From NCBI GenBank assembly GCA_964409875.1, contig CAYPEN010000001.1, positions 292,275-356,274 of the forward strand: a stretch of 64,000 bases of DNA. The letters run 5' to 3'. Both the position numbers and the translations under genes were made by a program. Of this stretch, positions 1 to 12,097 are shown one piece after another; positions within the stretch are counted from its first letter, which is position 1, and each line of letters starts with the position of its first letter. Below the pieces are notes generated by a model. The model was not told where the DNA came from. It ran no database searches and saw only the letters and a program-made list of their open reading frames with translations. The DNA is from an uncultured Gammaproteobacteria bacterium. GTDB taxonomy: Bacteria > Patescibacteriota > Microgenomatia > Levybacterales > GWA1-39-11.

Positions 1-1521
1 ACCCAAAAGCTTCAAAGGGTCAGCCAAAAGCCCTTCAAGGTAATCAATTAATGCTTTTACCTCTTTCCATTCGGCTTCAAGCTTTTCAACTTCAAGAGCC
101 GAAAGACGGCGAAGCTGCATATCAAGGATGGCGTTTGCCTGGATCTCGGAAAGTTTGAATCTGTCCATAAGTTTTGTGCGGGCTTCGTCCGTATTTTTTG
201 ACGAGCGGATGATTTGCACTACTTCGTCGATGTTGTTAACGGCGATGATAAGCCCGTCAAGGATATGAAGCCGTGCCTTTGCCTGTGCTAGTTCAAATTC
301 CGAACGGCGGGTTACGACCGAGAAGCGGTGCTTGATATATTCATCAAGCATTATTTTTAAATTGACTGTTTTTGGGATTCCGTCAACGAGGGCCACAAAA
401 TTGGCAGGGAAGGAAGTTTGCAAAGAAGTCAGTTTGAAAAGATTATTTAAAATCTTTTTCGGTGTAACGTCACGTTTTAACTCTACCACTACACGAATCC
501 CACGCCTGTCAGACTCATCCCGAAGGTCTGTAATACCGTCAAGTTTCTTAAGCTTTGCAAGTTCTGCTATTTTTGCAACGAGGGCTGCTTTATTAACTTG
601 ATATGGGAGCTCGGTTATGATTATTGCACTCTTCCCTTGCCCGATTTCTTCAATATTGGCAATACCCCGGATAAGTATTTTGCCCCGTCCCGTACGGTAA
701 ACATTCCGAATTTCATTGATGTCATAGATTGCTCCACCTGTCGGAAAATCAGGCCCTTTCACAAATTCCAAAAGCTCATCAACCTCAACTGTTGATGAAA
801 GGCGGGAAAGTTTTGATTCTAAAGTCTCGCCCGTAAGGGGGGTTGCTTTCTCTTTATGTTCCTCTTTCACTTGCTCGGTGAGTACTTCGGTTTCGAGCTT
901 TTTCAAATCCTCTTTGCGGTAGGTTGTTTTTGAAATAGTGTGAATGACCGCATCGATAACTTCGCCTAAATTATGCGGCGGGATTTTTGTTGCCATTCCG
1001 ACCGCAATTCCCTCGCTTCCCATAAGCAGAAGGTTTGGTACTTTTGAAGGAAGATAGACAGGTTCTTTCATCGTCCCGTCAAAGTTGTCGGTAAATTCTA
1101 CAGTATTTTTCTCGATGTCAAAAAGCATTTCCATGGCCAGTGGTGTCAGCTTTGCCTCGGTGTACCTCATCGCAGCAGCTGAGTCACCGTCCATTGAGCC
1201 AAAGTTACCCTGCCCGTCGACCAATGGGTATCGCATTGAAAAGTCTTGGGCAAGCCTAACGAGTGAGTCGTAGATTGCCATGTCTCCGTGGGGATGGTAT
1301 TTACCCATGGTCTCTCCAACAATTTTTGCCGACTTAGCGTACTTTGCATTCGGCGCAAGGTTCATCTCATTCATCGCATGAAGGATGCGGCGGTGAACAG
1401 GTTTGAGTCCGTCCCTGATGTCAGGAAGCGCACGGGCAACGATAACGCTCATGGCATAATCAAGGTAGGCCTTTTTAGCCTCCGAAGATATGTCTATGTG
1501 TTCAAGTTTTCCAATATCCAT
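1..1521 (-). CDS. gyrA: DNA gyrase subunit A, N-terminal 507 codons (runs off window start; absent from ORF track)
   Basis: Manual translation from ATG at 1521: [47 protein letters not shown]...GKYHPHGD...AAAMRYTEA...KGPDFPT; lies downstream of gyrB. Confidence 0.96.
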   Translation of the reverse strand, partial: MDIGKLEHIDISSEAKKAYLDYAMSVIVARALPDIRDGLKPVHRRILHAMNEMNLAPNAKYAKSAKIVGETMGKYHPHGDMAIYDSLVRLAQDFSMRYPLVDGQGNFGSMDGDSAAAMRYTEAKLTPLAMEMLFDIEKNTVEFTDNFDGTMKEPVYLPSKVPNLLLMGSEGIAVGMATKIPPHNLGEVIDAVIHTISKTTYRKEDLKKLETEVLTEQVKEEHKEKATPLTGETLESKLSRLSSTVEVDELLEFVKGPDFPTGGAIYDINEIRNVYRTGRGKILIRGIANIEEIGQGKSAIIITELPYQVNKAALVAKIAELAKLKKLDGITDLRDESDRRGIRVVVELKRDVTPKKILNNLFKLTSLQTSFPANFVALVDGIPKTVNLKIMLDEYIKHRFSVVTRRSEFELAQAKARLHILDGLIIAVNNIDEVVQIIRSSKNTDEARTKLMDRFKLSEIQANAILDMQLRRLSALEVEKLEAEWKEVKALIDYLEGLLADPLKLLG

Positions 1522-1523
1522 AC

Positions 1524-1590
1524 TTAACAGTTAATAACTAATAGTTAATAGCTAAAAACTAGCTATCAACTATTGACTATCAGCTATTTT
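1524..1590. repeat. 7-nt periodic array followed by its inverted counterpart (hairpin-forming)
   Basis: ttaacag/ttaataa/ctaatag/ttaatag/ctaaaaa (1524-1558), then ctatcaa/ctattga/ctatcag/ctatttt (1563-1590). Confidence 0.75.
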
Positions 1591-2096
1591 CCAACGTTAG
1601 CAATACCGGTCTCTATTTCCTTAATTGCTGCGTCACGTCCTAACCAATCTTTTAGTTTTACCCATTTCCCTTTATCTAAGTCTTTGTAATGTTCGAAGAA
1701 ATGTTTGATTTGATTCTTCAAGTCATCAGATACCTCATTAATATCATTAAGACTTGAGTACATATCACCGGTAACCGCGGGTACACCCAGAACTTTTGCG
1801 TCAACCCCACTCTCATCAGTCATCTCAAGCATTCCAATCGGTTTTACTGCGATTATCATACCTGGCAAAATTGGAAGTTCCGAGAGCACCAAAACATCAA
1901 CCGGATCCCCATCTCCTGAAAGTGTCGCTGGAACAAAGCCGTAATTAAGTGGGTAGTTCATGGTTGTCTTTGAAAATCTGTCAACAACCATAGCCTCCAT
2001 TTCCTTGTCAAACTCGTACTTAACATTTGTTCCCTTTGGAATTTCAATGAGAACATTTACCTCTTGTGGTGCGTTTTTTCCGTAATGCAATTTCAT
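1584..2096 (-). CDS. ppa: Family I inorganic pyrophosphatase
   Basis: IEIPKG..KYE, YPLNYGFVP, DGDPVDVLV, DAKVL and HFFEHYKDL motifs. Confidence 0.96.
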   Translation of the reverse strand: MKLHYGKNAPQEVNVLIEIPKGTNVKYEFDKEMEAMVVDRFSKTTMNYPLNYGFVPATLSGDGDPVDVLVLSELPILPGMIIAVKPIGMLEMTDESGVDAKVLGVPAVTGDMYSSLNDINEVSDDLKNQIKHFFEHYKDLDKGKWVKLKDWLGRDAAIKEIETGIANVGK

Positions 2097-2103
2097 CTAT
2101 AGT

Positions 2104-2111
2104 TCACCTCC

Positions 2112-2114
<3 letters not shown>
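2104..2114 (-). promoter_or_regulatory. Strong Shine-Dalgarno sequence for ppa, overlapping the gyrB stop
   Basis: Minus strand reads TAAGGAGGTGA, 7 nt upstream of the ppa ATG. Confidence 0.7.
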
Positions 2115-4070
<1,956 letters not shown>

Positions 4071-4195
4071 TTAACAAAAAACTATTGTATAGAAACGGGC
4101 TGGATGTTGCAAGTTGGAAGTTTTAATAATTTCAAATGAATGTAAAAAGTATATCCTAATTTTAAAATTATAGCAAAAATGAGGCAAAAAAGCCA

Positions 4196-5398
4196 TCACT
4201 GAATCTGGGATACGAGGGAGTAAATAGGGGTAATAACAGAGATGATAAGAAACGCAACAGTTACACCAAGAATAATGATGAGGATGGGTTCTATTGCTGT
4301 TGTGAGTGTCTTTACTCGAATATCCAAATCCCTTTCAAAATACTCGGAAACCTTGAGTAAGCTCTCATCAATTTTTCCGGTACTCTCCCCCACTTTTACC
4401 ATTTGTATCATAAGAGGTGGGAAAATATCCTGGTTTTGCAGCGCTATAGACAGTCCAGCCCCTTTTTCAACAAGAGAACTGGTGCCTTTCAGCGCGGATT
4501 CATAATAGACATTGCCTGATACATCCCCCGCAATATTCAGAGCGCCTATTAGCGAGCTTCCCGAATTGACAAGAAGTGATATTGTTCTTGAGACTTCACT
4601 TAATATCGAGAGACGGGTGATGTCTCCAAAAACCGGGGCTTTCAACCTGGCTTTATCCATGAGCCGTATACCCAATGGTGTTTTTGAAAACCTCTGATAT
4701 CCAAAAAAACCAGCGATAATAAATATAATACTGAACGGAAGGAGTGTTGTAGTAAGTTTTGAGCCTGCAAGGACTATCTGTGTCATGATAGGTAGCTTTA
4801 AATCCAAATTTTCGTAAAGCGCTCCCATTTGGGGGATTACAAAGATATTCATAAGAACAATAACGATTACTACACCTGAGATAATAATCGAGGGGTAGAA
4901 AAGTGCTGACTTGACTCTTTTGTGAACTTCTTCTGACTTCTCTAGATTGTCGGCAAGGCGCTCAAGGACTTTGTCAAGAATACCACCCTCTTCTGCGGAT
5001 TTAATGAGGGCTATATAGGTGGTTGAGAAAATGAGGGGGAAGTTGGACATTGCTTGGGAAAGAGAATTTCCTTCAGAAAGGCTTGCAATAAGACTGTCCA
5101 CCATTTTTTGCATTTGTGGCTTGTTGTTTTGATTTTTGAGGATATTAAGACTTTCGATGACAGTAAGTCCTGTTAATATCATTGAGGCAAGCTGGCGGGT
5201 GAAAAGAACAATGTCTCCACTTTTGACACGTGAGAAGTAACCAAGAATGCTTGATTGTTTTTTCTCAAGATCTTTTACCGAAAGAGGCGTCAAACCTTTT
5301 GAGCGGAGATAATCAATGACTTCTTTTTGGTCGTTTGCTTCGAGCTTCCCCTTCTCTTTTGTTCCCTCTTTTGTTGCGGCAAGATACGCGTATTCCAT
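4196..5398 (-). CDS. pilC: Type IV pilus platform protein PilC/GspF
   Basis: Two GspF repeats (FTRQLASM...AEEGG.LD; GESTGKID...IEP) with TM segments. Confidence 0.93.
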   Translation of the reverse strand: MEYAYLAATKEGTKEKGKLEANDQKEVIDYLRSKGLTPLSVKDLEKKQSSILGYFSRVKSGDIVLFTRQLASMILTGLTVIESLNILKNQNNKPQMQKMVDSLIASLSEGNSLSQAMSNFPLIFSTTYIALIKSAEEGGILDKVLERLADNLEKSEEVHKRVKSALFYPSIIISGVVIVIVLMNIFVIPQMGALYENLDLKLPIMTQIVLAGSKLTTTLLPFSIIFIIAGFFGYQRFSKTPLGIRLMDKARLKAPVFGDITRLSILSEVSRTISLLVNSGSSLIGALNIAGDVSGNVYYESALKGTSSLVEKGAGLSIALQNQDIFPPLMIQMVKVGESTGKIDESLLKVSEYFERDLDIRVKTLTTAIEPILIIILGVTVAFLIISVITPIYSLVSQIQ

Positions 5399-5399
5399 A

Positions 5400-6467
5400 T
5401 TATCCCAAAAGTCGCGTCAGTGTATCAGGTCTTAGTGCGTAGGCATGTGCAGTGTCAAGCGTAATAAGACCTTCCTGTACCAATTTCGCTAGTGACGTTT
5501 CGATAGAATTCATTCCCTCTTCAGACGAAGTTTCTATAGTAGAATCTATAAGATGTGTTTTTCCCTCGCGGATGTTGGAGCGCACCGCGGTAGTTGCAAC
5601 GAGCACTTCGGTTGCGACCACCCTACCCGCTTCAATAGTTGGAATAAGGCGCTGGGACACGACTGCCTCAAGGGTAGCTGCAAGTTGAATTCTTACTTGG
5701 TTTTGCTGGGCTTCAGGGAAAGAGTCTATAATGCGGTCTATTGTTTGGGCTGCAGAGTTGGTGTGAAGTGTTGAGAAAACCAAATGGCCGGTTTCTGCAA
5801 TGGTTATTGCGCTTGCAATGCTTTCCGGGTCACGCATCTCGCCCACTATTACAACATCAGGGTCCTCACGCAACGCACTCTTAAGACCTTCATTCCAGGT
5901 GAGTGTATCGTGACCCAATTCCCTCTGGGATATCACACTTTTCCCTTTCGGATATACATATTCGATAGGATCTTCAATGGTAAGAATGTTAGCCGCCCGC
6001 GTCATATTTATCTCATTCACAATAGAGGCAATTGTAGTTGTTTTTCCATGCCCGGTAGGTCCGGTGATAAGGACAAATCCTTGTTTGAGAGTTGCAAGCC
6101 TATGGCAGATACTCGGAAGACGTAACTCTTCTATGGTTTTTACTTTTGGCGGAAGCAGTCTGAAAGCTGCTGCAATAGTGTTTCTTTGAAAATAAATATT
6201 GACACGGAACCTTCCCTTGTCACCGTACGTTCCGCCGCCGTACCCATAGGAAAAATCAAGCGCTCTATTGGTTACAAACATTTCTTTTTGTGCTGGAGAC
6301 AGCAGAGACATTACCATTTGCTCGATGACCTGTTCCGTTAGTGGTGCAACCGAGGATAATTGTTGTAGCGCCCCATTAATACGGTACACAGGCGGAATGC
6401 CCACGAGAAGGTGTAGGTCTGACGCATTTGTCTGTACTGCCTTTTCAAGTAACTGATTTAAGTCCAT
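5400..6467 (-). CDS. pilT: Type IV pilus retraction ATPase
   Basis: ASDLHL, GPTGHGKTT, TIEDPIE, LREDPD, AETGHLVFSTLHT; AVRSNIRE is an AIRNLIRE-like motif. Confidence 0.93.
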   Translation of the reverse strand: MDLNQLLEKAVQTNASDLHLLVGIPPVYRINGALQQLSSVAPLTEQVIEQMVMSLLSPAQKEMFVTNRALDFSYGYGGGTYGDKGRFRVNIYFQRNTIAAAFRLLPPKVKTIEELRLPSICHRLATLKQGFVLITGPTGHGKTTTIASIVNEINMTRAANILTIEDPIEYVYPKGKSVISQRELGHDTLTWNEGLKSALREDPDVVIVGEMRDPESIASAITIAETGHLVFSTLHTNSAAQTIDRIIDSFPEAQQNQVRIQLAATLEAVVSQRLIPTIEAGRVVATEVLVATTAVRSNIREGKTHLIDSTIETSSEEGMNSIETSLAKLVQEGLITLDTAHAYALRPDTLTRLLG

Positions 6468-6480
6468 AAAGGTTGGTTTT

Positions 6481-6549
6481 TAGTATTTTGTATGTTGTAT
6501 ATAGTATCGATATCTAAAATTTTTTATTCATACTAAATACAAAGTACTG
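6481..6549. repeat. 7-nt periodic array plus inverted copy in the pilB-pilT spacer
   Basis: tagtatt/ttgtatg/ttgtata/tagtatc (6481-6508) ... catacta/aatacaa (6529-6542). Confidence 0.6.
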
Positions 6550-6556
6550 ATTACTT

Positions 6557-8305
6557 TTATTCTTGCGCTACCCTCAAAATCTCATCAATTGTTGTCACGC
6601 CTGCAAGAACTTTCAGATACCCATCCTGTTTCATTGTTATCATCCCATCCTCTCTCGCCTTTTTTTCAATTGTGCTGCTATCGCTTCTGGTAAGAATAAG
6701 TTTTGCTACATTTTCGGTTATTGCCATAACTTCAAAAATACCAATCCTACCGACGAATCCGGAGTGCCCACACACCTCACACCCCGCACCTTTAAAAAGT
6801 TTCAATTGCCCATTAGTCTTTGGCATGAGAGGGCCCAATACTTTCTGCATTTCCAGGACAATTTCAGTAGGTGGAACGTAATCTACCTTGCAATGGGTAC
6901 AAATCTTTCGTGCGATCCTCTGTCCCATTGCAGCATTGATAGTTGAGGCAAGTAAAAATGTCTCCGCGCCCATATCCAGAAGCCTTGGAAGTGCACCCGC
7001 CGCGCTATCCGTGTGAAGTGTCGAGAATACTAAATGGCCGGTAAGTGATGCTTGAATCGCAAGTTCAGTCGTTTCTTTATCACGGATTTCTCCTACTAGG
7101 ATGATGTTGGGGTCTTGCCGCAAAAAAGCCCTAAGGCCAGAGGCGAAGGTAAGCCCTACATCATCATTTATCTGTACCTGGTTTGCTCCCGGAATTTGAT
7201 ACTCGACAGGGTCTTCAAGTGTCAGGATGTTGACTCTTGTTGTATTGAGTTTTGAAAGTACCGCATAAAGAGTGGTCGTTTTTCCAGAACCCGTTGGACC
7301 GCAGACAAGTATAATTCCGTGCGGTCGAAGCATCGCTGCTTCAAGGGTCCGAAGAGATGGACCTGTGAGTCCTAAATCTGAAAGCGTTGGAACACCTCCC
7401 GATTTACGAAGTAACCTCATAACGATTTTTTCTCCGAATACAGTAGGTAATGAGCTTACGCGAAGGTCGACCTCCTCGTCTCCTACTTTGAAATTAAAAC
7501 GGCCGTCCTGAGGCGCTCTATGCTCATCAATTTTCATACCGGATAGGATTTTTACGCGGGAGATTACCGCTTCGCTTACTCCCAATGGCAAGGAAAGCCT
7601 TTCATATAAAATGCCGTCAATTCTGTAGCGGACTCTGACCCTATCCTCCTGCGGTTCGAGGTGGATGTCCGACGCTCTACTTTTAACCGCATATTCAAGA
7701 ATTGTTGATACTATTTTTGCAATCGGTGCTTCTTTTATGACTTCTGAAATGCTTTGCAAATCGAATGTCTTTACTTTTTGTATCTGTTCACTTTCTTTAA
7801 GAGCCTCCTTCACCTCACCTACGAGCCCAAAACTATATTGGGTCTGGATGGCTTGCGTTATCTCACTTGGGATACCCTGGAAAACCTTTATGGTGGCGCC
7901 TGTTTTTTGCTTCACGAATTCTATTGCCTCAACATCATTTGTGTTGCTCATGACAACAGATAGCACCTTTGCCTCTTTGTCGAAGGCAAAAGGAATAAGA
8001 TTGAACCGTTCTGCAACGGATTTAGGAATAAATCCCAGCGCTTCCGGAGAGAATGGAAGTGTTGCAACGCTTGTGAATGGCACGTTCAAAAGCTTTGCCT
8101 GTGCTTCATAATATTTTTCTTCAGGAATTATATTTAAATCATGGATAAGCTTATCTAATTCGGTGTTTTGCTTGGCTGCCTCAATTTTGAGCCGTTGGTA
8201 CTGTTCGGTGGTAATAAGTTTTTCCTGCAGAAGGATATTTCCTATGCTGGGACGTTCAAACGAATCGTCAGATGAACCGAATTGACTTTGGACAGGTAGT
8301 GCCAT
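6557..8305 (-). CDS. pilB: Type IV pilus assembly ATPase PilB/GspE
   Basis: GspE-type N-domain, ASDIHLEP, GPTGSGKTTT, LEDPVE, LRQDP, CxxC...CxxC zinc motif. Confidence 0.94.
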   Translation of the reverse strand: MALPVQSQFGSSDDSFERPSIGNILLQEKLITTEQYQRLKIEAAKQNTELDKLIHDLNIIPEEKYYEAQAKLLNVPFTSVATLPFSPEALGFIPKSVAERFNLIPFAFDKEAKVLSVVMSNTNDVEAIEFVKQKTGATIKVFQGIPSEITQAIQTQYSFGLVGEVKEALKESEQIQKVKTFDLQSISEVIKEAPIAKIVSTILEYAVKSRASDIHLEPQEDRVRVRYRIDGILYERLSLPLGVSEAVISRVKILSGMKIDEHRAPQDGRFNFKVGDEEVDLRVSSLPTVFGEKIVMRLLRKSGGVPTLSDLGLTGPSLRTLEAAMLRPHGIILVCGPTGSGKTTTLYAVLSKLNTTRVNILTLEDPVEYQIPGANQVQINDDVGLTFASGLRAFLRQDPNIILVGEIRDKETTELAIQASLTGHLVFSTLHTDSAAGALPRLLDMGAETFLLASTINAAMGQRIARKICTHCKVDYVPPTEIVLEMQKVLGPLMPKTNGQLKLFKGAGCEVCGHSGFVGRIGIFEVMAITENVAKLILTRSDSSTIEKKAREDGMITMKQDGYLKVLAGVTTIDEILRVAQE

Positions 8306-8406
8306 ACTATTTTTTCCTCACTAAAAACAACGCTTTTACACAAGCGGTACATCCATCGTACTCAAAATGTGCTTTTGCTGTCAACAGATGATATAAATAA
8401 GAAAAC

Positions 8407-9042
8407 ATGGCAAGTATTATTTTAATAGGCTCGAAAGAAAATGCAGAGGCATTCATTGCAAGTTATATTGTGAAGGAAAACATTCCGGAGTTCGGAATTG
8501 AGCGGTTTTCCGGGACTAAAATAGAACACGCAAGAGAAATAAAGAAAAAACTTGCTTTCAAAGCCACAAACGCACGACTCTTCCTCTTTACGGGAGAGAT
8601 AACAACCGAAGCTCAGAACGCACTTCTTAAATGCATCGAGGAACATGCTTCTATGGTTCACTTCCTATTTTCAGTTGAAAGTGAGGATGCACTCCTTCCT
8701 ACCGTGCTTTCCCGCTGCCGCATGGTACGCCTGGGAGGGCAACAAAAAAAAGATGGAATAACCATTCCTATTGATGGCCTCTTTTCCAACGGAGTTGTTA
8801 TGTGGTCGGTGCTGGATGAAGTTACTATGCGGATAAATGAGATAGGCGTTGATGCGTTGGAATATGCAATGAGAGCTTATATGCTCAGAAACATTAATGA
8901 CAAAAGAACTCTTGAGTCACTGTACCCCTCGTGTAAAAGAATGTTTGGGTTGTTGCATTTGGTTAAAAATAACAATGTAAGTGTCAGAGCTCTTGTTGAA
9001 AAAACTTTCATTCCACAACAAACAATAGCCAAAAATAAGTGA
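8407..9042 (+). CDS. holB: Reduced DNA polymerase III delta-prime-like clamp-loader subunit
   Basis: EAQNALLKCIEE and LLPTVLSRC (SRC motif); short, no intact Walker A. Confidence 0.7.
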   Translation: MASIILIGSKENAEAFIASYIVKENIPEFGIERFSGTKIEHAREIKKKLAFKATNARLFLFTGEITTEAQNALLKCIEEHASMVHFLFSVESEDALLPTVLSRCRMVRLGGQQKKDGITIPIDGLFSNGVVMWSVLDEVTMRINEIGVDALEYAMRAYMLRNINDKRTLESLYPSCKRMFGLLHLVKNNNVSVRALVEKTFIPQQTIAKNK

Positions 9043-9070
9043 TTGGTTCAAAATGCTCCTAAAGTGGGGC

Positions 9071-9100
9071 TTGACAAAGAAATTTGGTTATGATTATGAT
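9071..9100 (+). promoter_or_regulatory. Sigma70-type promoter of the first pilin gene
   Basis: TTGACA (9071-76), 18 nt spacer, TATGAT (9095-9100), about 10 nt before ATG 9110. Confidence 0.55.
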
Positions 9101-9109
9101 GGATTTAAT

Positions 9110-9670
9110 ATGAAATTATTCCCTGCCCGGAAATTGCAAAAAGGCTTCACCCTTATCGAGCTTCTCGTCGTCATCGGTATCCTTGGAATTCTTGCTGCTG
9201 CCCTTGTCGCCACCATCGACCCTTTTGAACAATTGAAGAAAGCCGATGATGCAAAAATCAAGAACATTGCTGTTGAGTTCCAAACAGCAAATGTCCGCTA
9301 CTACACTACTCATGGCGCTTTTCCCTGGAATGATGCGAATAATACGGATGCTAATTGCACGGGTATTGGGAGTGCCGTTATCGGTGCCAATTTGTCTTCT
9401 GCAGGACTTGCTTCATGTATCTCAAATGGATTGATTGCTGAGGGTGAACTGAAGCAGTCGTTTAATATTAATACGAACGATATGGGCAGAGTGTATGTGA
9501 ACTGGGACCCCGCAAATGCGACCAATATGGTAGTTTGTTTCAGCCCACGCTCTAAATCACAGAAAGCTGCGCCTGATACAAAATACACGCAAGCTGGAGC
9601 TGCCGCGAATGGTGCTACATGTCCGAATGCTAACGCTGCCGATGACACTTGCTACTGGTGCACACAATAA
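9110..9670 (+). CDS. Type IV pilin (candidate major pilin)
   Basis: MKLFPARKLQKG|FTLIELLVVIGILGIL class III signal peptide with E5; Cys-containing globular head. Start moved from 9053 to 9110 because a promoter lies between them. Confidence 0.9.
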   Translation: MKLFPARKLQKGFTLIELLVVIGILGILAAALVATIDPFEQLKKADDAKIKNIAVEFQTANVRYYTTHGAFPWNDANNTDANCTGIGSAVIGANLSSAGLASCISNGLIAEGELKQSFNINTNDMGRVYVNWDPANATNMVVCFSPRSKSQKAAPDTKYTQAGAAANGATCPNANAADDTCYWCTQ

Positions 9671-9700
9671 GCTGTATCCTTCTAGAATTCCAATTTTCGT

Positions 9701-10483
9701 ATGCCAGATAATTTCTTAGTTATTTATATTGTGCCTTTTTTAGCGCTGGGTGCAGTGTTGGGAAGCTTTTTAAATGTGCTTATTGATAGACTTTCAACAG
9801 GAAGAAGCTTTGTAAGAGGCCGTTCATATTGTGAGCATTGTAAGAAAACTCTTCATGCCCCCGAGCTTATTCCTATACTCTCTTATTTGTTTTTGAGAGG
9901 AAGATGTAGGCATTGTAAGACAAAAATCCCAGCCAGACTTTTTTTTGTTGAAATGTTCTCTGCTTTTTTGCTTCCCAGCGTCTATTTATATAGTGCGGGA
10001 TATCCACAGAACCTGTGGGTTGTGCCTTTCCTTTTTCTTGTACTCTGGGCTTACATGGGGATATTTTTTGCAGATTTTGAATATGGCATAATTCCCGACC
10101 TTCTTATTGGAATAGCAATTCTTGTTACTATCCCTTATCTCATAATCGCCGGGCAGCCATTTTTGAATCACTTGCTTGCAGGACTCGGAGCCTTTACATT
10201 TTTTCTTCTTCTAAACCTTTTTACGAAAGGAAAAGGAATGGGTTTGGGTGACGTAAAGCTTGCCTTTTCTATGGGTTTTTTCTTAGGATTTCCACTCATT
10301 GTCGTAAGCCTTTACACCGCTTTCTTGACAGGTGCAGCCCTTGCTATCATACTGGTTATATGGAGAAAATTGCGTTTTTTCGGCGGTACAATTCCTTTTG
10401 GACCGTTTCTCATTTTTTCCCTCTTTTTCGCATTTTTTCTAGGAAATCAAATAGCAGCAACGGTACTCAAAAATTTTTTCTAA
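9701..10483 (+). CDS. pilD: Prepilin peptidase (A24)
   Basis: GSFLNVLIDRL, two CxxC motifs, GMGLGDVKL, IPFGPFL, multiple TM helices. Confidence 0.94.
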   Translation: MPDNFLVIYIVPFLALGAVLGSFLNVLIDRLSTGRSFVRGRSYCEHCKKTLHAPELIPILSYLFLRGRCRHCKTKIPARLFFVEMFSAFLLPSVYLYSAGYPQNLWVVPFLFLVLWAYMGIFFADFEYGIIPDLLIGIAILVTIPYLIIAGQPFLNHLLAGLGAFTFFLLLNLFTKGKGMGLGDVKLAFSMGFFLGFPLIVVSLYTAFLTGAALAIILVIWRKLRFFGGTIPFGPFLIFSLFFAFFLGNQIAATVLKNFF

Positions 10484-10986
10484 AAAACTCTAAAGCTGGG
10501 TTTACATTGGTTGAATTAATAACAGCAATTGGTGTTTTAGCGATACTCTCATCAATGATAATCGCTGTAATAAATCCCCTCGAACAATTTCATAAAGCAC
10601 AGGATTCAAAAAGAAAATCCGATTTAGCACAAATCCAGCGGGCACTCGAGGTATATTATCAGGATTATCACAGATATCCATATTCGGTGCAAAGCAAAAT
10701 ATCAACAGATAACACACCCAATGGTGTTGTGCAGTGGGGAACTACATGGAGTCCATATATGGATGTTTTACCAATTGACCCTTCAAGTGATAAGCGGTAT
10801 GTGTATTGGTCGGACACCACAGGGCAGTCATATGCGCTCTACGCTTCATTAGATAGGGGCGGAAAAGACACACAAGCTTGCAATGGAGGAAATGCCTGCG
10901 ATAATGCTACGGCTAACGGTTTGTTGTGTGGTGGTACGAGTGTTCTCTGTACATATGGGGTATCGAGCCCGAACATTTCACCATAA
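10360..10986 (+). CDS. Pilin/pseudopilin (GspG-like)
   Basis: KAG|FTLVELITAIGVLAIL, DSKRKSDLAQIQRALEVYY, LPIDP; start uncertain because the only in-frame ATG lies inside pilD. Confidence 0.85.
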   Translation: MEKIAFFRRYNSFWTVSHFFPLFRIFSRKSNSSNGTQKFFLKNSKAGFTLVELITAIGVLAILSSMIIAVINPLEQFHKAQDSKRKSDLAQIQRALEVYYQDYHRYPYSVQSKISTDNTPNGVVQWGTTWSPYMDVLPIDPSSDKRYVYWSDTTGQSYALYASLDRGGKDTQACNGGNACDNATANGLLCGGTSVLCTYGVSSPNISP

Positions 10987-10987
10987 A

Positions 10988-11022
10988 TTAATAGTCAATG
11001 GATAATATCTAATAGTTAATAG
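10988..11022. repeat. 7-nt periodic array between pilin genes
   Basis: ttaatag/tcaatgg/ataatat/ctaatag/ttaatag. Confidence 0.65.
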
Positions 11023-11041
11023 AAAGTTGTATGATAAATAT

Positions 11042-11476
11042 ATGAGAAAACAAAAAGGCTTCACCTTAATTGAGTTACTCGTTTCAATCTCAATAATTGC
11101 AATACTGACTGCGCTTTTAACTGCTAACTTCATCGGTGCAAGACAGCGCGGCCGTGATGGCCAAAGAAAGGCAAATCTTTATCAAATTCAGTCCGCTCTC
11201 GAGCTTTACCGTTCTGACAATGGTAGTTATCCCCTTACTGCTTCAATGGCCTCTTGCGGCAACGGAATATCCGTCAATGGAACAGTATATATGACGAAGG
11301 TCCCCTGCGATCCATTGTCTGGGTCGGCTTATCAGTACACTGCCGCAGCTGACGGAAGCACCTATACGCTATTTGCTTGCCTTGAAAATCAAGAAGATGC
11401 GGATAAGGATACTGATGCTGCGGATGCCAGTGTGTGCACTTCACCTTATGTTCCTTTTAAGCTGACTAACCCTTAG
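11042..11476 (+). CDS. Pilin/pseudopilin (GspG-like)
   Basis: MRKQKG|FTLIELLVSISIIAIL, RDGQRKANLYQIQSALELYRSDNGSYP, VPCDP. Confidence 0.9.
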   Translation: MRKQKGFTLIELLVSISIIAILTALLTANFIGARQRGRDGQRKANLYQIQSALELYRSDNGSYPLTASMASCGNGISVNGTVYMTKVPCDPLSGSAYQYTAAADGSTYTLFACLENQEDADKDTDAADASVCTSPYVPFKLTNP

Positions 11477-11493
11477 TTTGTACACCGCAATAT

Positions 11494-12096
11494 ATGCATG
11501 TTTCAACGTTTTTCCGTTTCCCTAAAAAAATGAGTATTGAGCCTCAAAAATTCTCCAACGGATTTAGATATTCGCAGAAAAGCCAAAGAGGCTTGGTTTT
11601 TCCGAAGGAACGAAACGGCTTTACGCTTATTGAAATCCTTGTTGTTTTTAGTGTTATTGCCATCCTTTCGGGAATAGGCGTTGCCTCTTTTGCCTCATAT
11701 AGCAGATCACAACAACTTGCTCAGAGCGGGAATAATATTAAGTTACTCGTAAGTCAGGCCCGTTTCAGTGCGTTGTCAGGAGTAAAGACCAACCAGGATC
11801 AGAGCGGAAATACGATAACCTGCGGTAACGAAAGCTTGGTGGGGTATGCGGTAACCGTTATTGGCAACAACCAGCTGGAGCTAAGTATGGAATGTGCGAA
11901 TACAAGCTCCCAAACTTTCAAGACTCTAACTATTCCGACAGGATATACCTTTGATAACTCAACAACTTGTACGCAAATTAAGTTTGATTCGTTGTCGGCA
12001 ACGGCAGGAGGTGTTCCTTGTACTATTGTTTTAGGCGGATACGGGAGGTCAAAGACAATCACGATAGATATTGCCGGTAATGCAGTAGTTCAATAG
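11494..12096 (+). CDS. Minor pilin (FimT/GspH-like)
   Basis: RNG|FTLIEILVVFSVIAIL followed by SQARFSAL helix; long leader, alternative ATG at 11530. Confidence 0.85.
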   Translation: MHVSTFFRFPKKMSIEPQKFSNGFRYSQKSQRGLVFPKERNGFTLIEILVVFSVIAILSGIGVASFASYSRSQQLAQSGNNIKLLVSQARFSALSGVKTNQDQSGNTITCGNESLVGYAVTVIGNNQLELSMECANTSSQTFKTLTIPTGYTFDNSTTCTQIKFDSLSATAGGVPCTIVLGGYGRSKTITIDIAGNAVVQ

Positions 12097-12097
12097 T

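Noticed and set aside
332-1527. Short + strand ORFs at the window start
   Set aside because: Antisense to gyrA, which the track missed because it runs off the edge
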